DNA of 19,757 nucleotides from a virus (Duplodnaviria; Heunggongvirae; Uroviricota; Caudoviricetes): IMG/VR virus record IMGVR_UViG_2734482784_000002, positions 1 to 19,757 of that record; one strand, 5' to 3'. Shown piece by piece: positions 14,311 to 19,757 of this stretch (position 1 is its first letter; each line of letters starts with the position of its first letter). The notes under the pieces were generated by a model. It saw only the letters and a program-made list of their open reading frames with translations, ran no database searches and was not told where the DNA came from. The position numbers and the translations under genes were made by a program.

Positions 14311-16971
14311 ATGAGCACAAAACCACTCTTCCTGTTACGGAAAGCGAAAAAATCATCCGGTGAACCTGACGTCGTCCTGTGGGCAAGCGACGATTTTGAA
14401 TCGACCTGTGCCACTCTGGACTACCTGCTCGTTAAGTCAGGTAAAAAACTGAGCAGCTATTTTAAACCTGTTGCCACGAATTTTCCTGTCGTTAATGACC
14501 TTCCCCCTGAAGGTGAGATCGATTTTACCTGGAGTGAACGCTATCAACTCAGCAAAGACTCCATGACCTGGGAACTAAAACCGGGAGCAGCGCCAGACGA
14601 CGTTCACCATCAGGAGGATGCACCGGAAACCGAAGAACTGGCGGGAGGCCAGGAAGAAAACACACGGGCAGACGCTCACGGGGATTGCCAGGATTGCGAA
14701 ATCTCTGTATCTACTTTGCGGTTCACACAGCGTCTTCTGCACATTTTTACCTATGCGGCCGGGGATCGGAAATACCTGCATCATGCCACCCGAGAACAAC
14801 GCGAACACATTACTGCTCTTGAGATGGATCAGGAAAACAGCTATGTCCAGAATCTGCTGTTGGCCATACGCGGCATGGCAGAACCGACAACTCTGGATAA
14901 TGCCGCCCTGCTCCGCCTGACTGATGCAATTAAGGCAGTTTTCTCTATCACGAAAAAACATCAGCCCTATGAATTTAAGAATTTCATTTCAGCCTGGCTG
15001 GATACCGAACACATTGATCGCGGTCTTCTGACAAAAGAATGGCGAAAAGGGAATCGTGTTTCACGCATCACTCGCACGGCTTCCGGTGCTAATGCTGGCG
15101 GCGGGAACCTCACCGATCGCGGCGAAGGTTTCGTCCACGATCTGACGTCACTGGCGCGCGATGTAGCCACTGGCGTACTGGCCCGTTCAATGGACGTGGA
15201 CATCTATAACCTTCATCCGGCACACGCTAAACGCATTGAGGAAATTATCGCTGAAAATAAACCGCCCTTTTCTGTTTTCCGCGACAAATTCATCACCATG
15301 CCTGGCGGGCTGGATTATTCCCGCGCCATCGTGGTTGCGTCCGTGAAAGAAGCACCAATTGGGATCGAGGTCATCCCCGCACACGTCACTGAATATCTGA
15401 ACAAAGTACTGACTGAAACCGATCATGCCAACCCTGATCCGAAAATCGTGGATATTGCCTGCGGTCGCTCCTCTGCCCCGATGCCGCAGCGAGTAACAGA
15501 AGAAGGAAAACAGGATGATGAAGAAAAACCGCAACCATCTGGAACAACGGCAGATGAACAGGGAGAGGCTGAAACAATGGAACCGGACGCAACTGAACAT
15601 CATCAGGACACGCAGCCGCTGGATGCTCAGTCACAGGTAAATTCTGTTGATGCGAAATATCAGGAACTGCGGGCAGAACTCCATGAAGCCCGGAAAAACA
15701 TTCCATCAAAAAATCCTGTCGATGCCGATAAATTGCTTGCCGCATCACGTGGTGAATTTGTTGACGGAATTAGCGACCCGAACGATCCGAAATGGGTTAA
15801 GGGGATCCTGACTCGCGATTCCCAGCCAGAAACGGAACAAAACACACCAGAAACGGAAAAAATCAGCCCGGATGTGAAACAACCTGAGCCAGTAGTGCAA
15901 CAGGAACCGGAAATAGCCTGCAATGCCTGCGGCCAGACTGGCGGGGATAACTGCCCTGACTGTGGTGCGGTGATGGGCGACGCAACATACCAGGAAACAT
16001 TCGATGAAGAGAATCAGGTTGAAGCTAAGGAAAATGATCCGGAGGAAATGGAAGGCGCTGAACATCCGCACCATGAGAATGCTGGCAGCGATCCGCATCG
16101 CGATTGCAGTGATGAAACTGGCGAAGTCGCAGCTCCCGTAATCGTAGAAGACATAGAGCCAGGTATTTATTACGGAATTTCGAATGAGAATTACCACGCG
16201 GGTCCCGGTGTCAGTAAGTCTCAGCTCGATGACATTGCTGATACTCCCGCACTGTATTTGTGGCGTAAAAATGCCCCCGTGGACACCACAAAGACAAAAA
16301 CGCTCGATTTAGGAACCGCTTTCCACTGCCGGGTACTTGAACCGGAAGAATTCAGTAACCGCTTTATCGTAGCACCTGAATTTAACCGCCGTACAAACGC
16401 CGGAAAAGAAGAAGAGAAAGCGTTTCTGATGGAATGCGCAAGCACAGGAAAAACGGTTATCACTGCGGAAGAAGGCCGGAAAATTGAACTCATGTATCAA
16501 AGCGTTATGGCTTTGCCGTTGGGGCAATGGCTTGTTGAAAGCGCCGGACACGCTGAATCATCAATTTACTGGGAAGATCCTGAAACAGGAATTTTGTGTC
16601 GGTGCCGTCCGGACAAAATTATCCCTGAATTTCACTGGATCATGGACGTGAAAACTACGGCGGATATTCAACGATTCAAAACCGCTTATTACGACTACCG
16701 CTATCACGTTCAGGATGCATTCTACAGTGACGGTTATGAAGCACAGTTTGGAGTGCAGCCAACTTTCGTTTTTCTGGTTGCCAGCACAACTATTGAATGC
16801 GGACGTTATCCGGTTGAAATTTTCATGATGGGCGAAGAAGCAAAACAGGTAGGTCAGCTGGAATATCACCGCAATCTGCGAACCCTGGCTGACTGCCTCA
16901 ATACCGATGAATGGCCAGCTATTAAGACGTTATCACTGCCCCGCTGGGCTAAGGAATATGCAAATGACTAA
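14311..16971 (+). CDS. recE: Exodeoxyribonuclease VIII RecE
   Basis: 886 aa starting [26 protein letters not shown]... with the C-terminal nuclease region ...[35 protein letters not shown]...; its end overlaps the recT start (ATGACTAA). Confidence 0.9.
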   Translation: MSTKPLFLLRKAKKSSGEPDVVLWASDDFESTCATLDYLLVKSGKKLSSYFKPVATNFPVVNDLPPEGEIDFTWSERYQLSKDSMTWELKPGAAPDDVHHQEDAPETEELAGGQEENTRADAHGDCQDCEISVSTLRFTQRLLHIFTYAAGDRKYLHHATREQREHITALEMDQENSYVQNLLLAIRGMAEPTTLDNAALLRLTDAIKAVFSITKKHQPYEFKNFISAWLDTEHIDRGLLTKEWRKGNRVSRITRTASGANAGGGNLTDRGEGFVHDLTSLARDVATGVLARSMDVDIYNLHPAHAKRIEEIIAENKPPFSVFRDKFITMPGGLDYSRAIVVASVKEAPIGIEVIPAHVTEYLNKVLTETDHANPDPKIVDIACGRSSAPMPQRVTEEGKQDDEEKPQPSGTTADEQGEAETMEPDATEHHQDTQPLDAQSQVNSVDAKYQELRAELHEARKNIPSKNPVDADKLLAASRGEFVDGISDPNDPKWVKGILTRDSQPETEQNTPETEKISPDVKQPEPVVQQEPEIACNACGQTGGDNCPDCGAVMGDATYQETFDEENQVEAKENDPEEMEGAEHPHHENAGSDPHRDCSDETGEVAAPVIVEDIEPGIYYGISNENYHAGPGVSKSQLDDIADTPALYLWRKNAPVDTTKTKTLDLGTAFHCRVLEPEEFSNRFIVAPEFNRRTNAGKEEEKAFLMECASTGKTVITAEEGRKIELMYQSVMALPLGQWLVESAGHAESSIYWEDPETGILCRCRPDKIIPEFHWIMDVKTTADIQRFKTAYYDYRYHVQDAFYSDGYEAQFGVQPTFVFLVASTTIECGRYPVEIFMMGEEAKQVGQLEYHRNLRTLADCLNTDEWPAIKTLSLPRWAKEYAND

Positions 16972-17773
16972 GCAACCACCAATCGCAAAAGCCGATCTGC
17001 AAAAAACTCAGGGAAACCGTGCACCAGCAGCAATTAAAAATAACGACATGATTAGTTTTATTAACCAGCCATCAATGAAAGAGCAACTGGCAGCAGCTCT
17101 TCCACGCCATATGACGGCTGAACGTATGATCCGTATCGCCACCACAGAAATTCGTAAAGTTCCGGCGTTAGGAAACTGTGACACTATGAGTTTTGTCAGT
17201 GCAATCGTACAGTGTTCACAGCTCGGACTTGAGCCCGGTAGCGCCCTCGGTCATGCATATTTACTGCCTTTTGGTAATAAAAACGAAAAGAGCGGTAAAA
17301 AAAACGTTCAGCTAATCATTGGCTATCGCGGCATGATTGATCTGGCTCGCCGTTCAGGTCAAATCGCCAGCCTGTCAGCCCGTGTTGTCCGTGAAGGTGA
17401 CGAGTTTAATTTCGAATTTGGCCTTGATGAAAAGTTAATACACCGCCCAGGAGAAAACGAAGATGCCCCGGTTACCCACGTCTATGCTGTCGCAAGACTG
17501 AAAGACGGAGGTACTCAGTTTGAAGTTATGACGCGCAAACAGATTGAGCTGGTGCGCAGCCAGAGTAAAGCTGGTAATAACGGGCCGTGGGTAACTCACT
17601 GGGAAGAAATGGCAAAGAAAACGGCTATTCGTCGCCTGTTCAAATACCTGCCCGTATCAATTGAGATCCAGCGTGCAGTATCAATGGATGAAAAGGAACC
17701 ACTGACAATCGATCCTGCAGATTCCTCTGTATTAACCGGGGAATACAGTGTAATCGATAATTCAGAGGAATAA
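16964..17773 (+). CDS. recT: Recombinase RecT (single-strand annealing protein)
   Basis: 269 aa from the ATG at 16964 ([50 protein letters not shown]...) with AAGGAA upstream. Confidence 0.9.
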   Translation: MTKQPPIAKADLQKTQGNRAPAAIKNNDMISFINQPSMKEQLAAALPRHMTAERMIRIATTEIRKVPALGNCDTMSFVSAIVQCSQLGLEPGSALGHAYLLPFGNKNEKSGKKNVQLIIGYRGMIDLARRSGQIASLSARVVREGDEFNFEFGLDEKLIHRPGENEDAPVTHVYAVARLKDGGTQFEVMTRKQIELVRSQSKAGNNGPWVTHWEEMAKKTAIRRLFKYLPVSIEIQRAVSMDEKEPLTIDPADSSVLTGEYSVIDNSEE

Positions 17774-17817
17774 TTCAGCCTGGCGGTGTAATGCACCGCC
17801 AACTTGAAATATTCTTT

Positions 17818-18024
17818 ATGAGAAAAATCACGAGATATGACAATGTTAAACCATGTCCATTTTGTGGTTGTCCATCAGTAACGGTGAAAGCCATTTCAGG
17901 ATATTACCGAGCGAAGTGTAACGGATGCGAATCCCGAACCGGTTATGGTGGAAGTGAAAAAGAAGCACTCGAAAGGTGGAATAAACGAACCACTGGAAAT
18001 AATAATGGAGGTGTTCATGTATAA
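17818..18024 (+). CDS. ralR: Restriction alleviation protein RalR/Lar
   Basis: 68 aa MRKITRYDNVKPCPFCGCPSVTVKAISGYYRAKCNGCESRTGYGGSEKEALERWNKR... with a Cys4 motif; recognised as Rac Lar. Confidence 0.75.
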   Translation: MRKITRYDNVKPCPFCGCPSVTVKAISGYYRAKCNGCESRTGYGGSEKEALERWNKRTTGNNNGGVHV

Positions 18025-18205
18025 AATTACCGCCACTATTGAAAAGGAAGGTGGCACTCCTACTAACTGGACAAGATATTCAAAATCTAAACTAACGAAA
18101 TCAGAATGCGAAAAAATGCTCTCAGGTAAAAAAGAAGCAGGCGTTTCCAGAGAGCAGAAAGTAAAACTGATAAATTTTAATTGCGAGAAACTTCAGTCCT
18201 CGTGA
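18017..18205 (+). CDS. ydaC: YdaC-like small protein
   Basis: MYKITATIEKEGGTPTNWTRYSKSKLTKSECEKMLSGKKEAGVSREQKVKLINFNCEKLQSS with GGAGG 7 nt upstream of the ATG at 18017; overlaps the ralR end. Confidence 0.55.
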   Translation: MYKITATIEKEGGTPTNWTRYSKSKLTKSECEKMLSGKKEAGVSREQKVKLINFNCEKLQSS

Positions 18206-18237
18206 ATTGCATTGTATTCAAATTAAAACTTCATAGC

Positions 18238-18253
18238 TGATTATTAATAATCA
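18238..18253. promoter_or_regulatory. Perfect 16-bp palindrome TGATTATT|AATAATCA upstream of xis
   Basis: Seen directly in the sequence, 52 nt upstream of the xis ATG in the ydaC-xis spacer. Confidence 0.35.
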
Positions 18254-18304
18254 ACATCAGGCGTCAATTTCAGTCTAACATTGGCGCCTGCCAGAGGTGA
18301 TGCG

Positions 18305-18520
18305 ATGGCACAAGTAATCTTTAATGAAGAGTGGATGGTTGAATACGGCCTGATGCTTCGCACTGGTCTGGGGGCCAGACAAATTGAAGCATACCGCCAG
18401 AACTGTTGGGTGGAAGGCTTCCACTTCAAACGAGTATCTCCTTTAGGTAAGCCAGACAGCAAACGAGGGATTATCTGGTACAACTATCCAAAGATAAATC
18501 AGTTTATCAAAGACTCATGA
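18305..18520 (+). CDS. xisR: Excisionase
   Basis: 71 aa [71 protein letters not shown] immediately upstream of the integrase. Confidence 0.75.
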   Translation: MAQVIFNEEWMVEYGLMLRTGLGARQIEAYRQNCWVEGFHFKRVSPLGKPDSKRGIIWYNYPKINQFIKDS

Positions 18521-18521
18521 T

Positions 18522-19757
18522 ATGTCTAAATTACCAACAGGTGTCGAGATTAGAGGTAGAAACATTCGCATCTGGTTCATGTTTCGAGGAAAACGATGTC
18601 GGGAAACATTAAAAGGCTGGGAGATTACAAACAGTAATATTAAAAAGGCCGGAAATTTAAGAGCGCTGATAGTTCATGAAATAAACTCCGGTGAATTTGA
18701 GTATTTAAGACGTTTTCCCCAGTCCAGCACTGGGGCAAAAATGGTGACAACGAGAGTCATAAAAACATTCGGGGAGCTTTGTGATATCTGGGCAAAAATT
18801 AAAGAGACAGAGTTAACAACAAACACAATGAAGAAAACGAAATCACAATTAAAAACACTCAGGATAATAATTTCTGAAAGTACCCCGATATCACATATTC
18901 GTTATAGCGATATCTTAAATTACCGGAATGAACTGTTGCATGGAGAAACGCTTTACCTGGATAATCCAAGATCTAACAAAAAAGGAAGAACCGTGCGCAC
19001 AGTTGATAACTATATCGCCCTGCTCTGTTCTTTGTTACGTTTTGCTTATCAGTCGGGATTTATATCAAACAAACCATTTGAAGGAGTAAAAAAATTACAG
19101 CGAAACAGAATAAAGCCAGATCCGTTATCTAAAACAGAATTCAATGCATTAATGGAAAGTGAAAAAGGACAGAGCCAGAACTTGTGGAAATTTGCCGTTT
19201 ACTCCGGGCTTCGTCACGGGGAACTGGCAGCTCTGGCGTGGGAGGATGTGGATTTCGAGAAGGGAACTGTGAATGTCAGAAGAAACCTGACGATACTGGA
19301 TATGTTCGGTCCCCCAAAAACAAATGCCGGGATCCGGACGGTAACATTACTACAGCCAGCTCTTGAAGCACTGAAGGAGCAATACAAACTGACCGGGCAT
19401 CATCGCAAAAGCGAAATCACTTTTTATCATCGGGAGTACGGCAGAACCGAAAAGCAAAAACTGCATTTTGTTTTCATGCCCAGGATGTGTAACGGAAAAC
19501 AGAAACCTTATTACTCGGTAAGCAGTTTGGGTGCGAGATGGAATGCAGCAGTAAAACGTGCTGGTATTCGCCGCCGTAATCCGTACCATACGCGACATAC
19601 TTTTGCCTGCTGGCTGTTGACGGCAGGAGCGAACCCGGCATTTATAGCCAGCCAGATGGGGCATGAAACTGCGCAGATGGTGTATGAAATTTACGGTATG
19701 TGGATTGATGACATGAACGACGAACAGGTAGCTATGTTGAATGCGCGGTTATCGTAG
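18522..19757 (+). CDS. intR: Tyrosine site-specific integrase
   Basis: 411 aa with the tyrosine-recombinase catalytic region (...RHGELAALAWEDVDF..., ...HTRHTFACWLL..., ...ETAQMVYEIYG...); stop codon is the last 3 nt of the window. Confidence 0.9.
   Translation: MSKLPTGVEIRGRNIRIWFMFRGKRCRETLKGWEITNSNIKKAGNLRALIVHEINSGEFEYLRRFPQSSTGAKMVTTRVIKTFGELCDIWAKIKETELTTNTMKKTKSQLKTLRIIISESTPISHIRYSDILNYRNELLHGETLYLDNPRSNKKGRTVRTVDNYIALLCSLLRFAYQSGFISNKPFEGVKKLQRNRIKPDPLSKTEFNALMESEKGQSQNLWKFAVYSGLRHGELAALAWEDVDFEKGTVNVRRNLTILDMFGPPKTNAGIRTVTLLQPALEALKEQYKLTGHHRKSEITFYHREYGRTEKQKLHFVFMPRMCNGKQKPYYSVSSLGARWNAAVKRAGIRRRNPYHTRHTFACWLLTAGANPAFIASQMGHETAQMVYEIYGMWIDDMNDEQVAMLNARLS

Noticed and set aside
14575-16869. 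Many ORFs on both strands inside recE (e.g. 14575..14961 -, 14618..14920 +, 15187..16197 -, 16221..16869 -)
   Set aside because: All lie within the long, well-supported recE frame and have Cys/Phe/Arg-rich off-frame composition.

Overview
Almost the whole window (about 655 to the right edge) is a Rac-type cryptic lambdoid prophage; I found no novel system that I can support, but several unexplained regulatory and structural signals are listed in the findings. All calls rest on reading the ORF translations and the DNA by eye, with homologies recalled from memory; nothing was searched or computed. Left edge: a truncated sitA (Mn/Fe ABC-transporter binding protein) abuts the 5' stub of a lambda-J-like tail gene. 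Minus strand, left to right: a chimeric tail ORF ending in a lambda gpI-like C-terminus, head-tail joining genes, major capsid, scaffold, a ParB-like gene, the trkG moron, a lysis cassette (Rz/Rz1, SAR endolysin, S21-type pinholin), a tRNA cluster, a Q-like antiterminator, a YbcO-like gene and a Cro-like HTH gene. Plus strand: a RacR-like repressor, ydaG- and ydaF-like genes, then (after sieB on minus) kilR-ydaE-racC-recE-recT-ralR-ydaC-xis-int, ending exactly at the integrase stop. No terminase, portal, tape-measure or replication genes are present, so the element is multiply deleted but keeps an apparently intact lysis module and immunity switch. Most notable signals: a recurring CACGA-N-TCGTG palindrome family at three promoter-like sites, a phage tRNA cluster with one degenerate member, and several deletion junctions.
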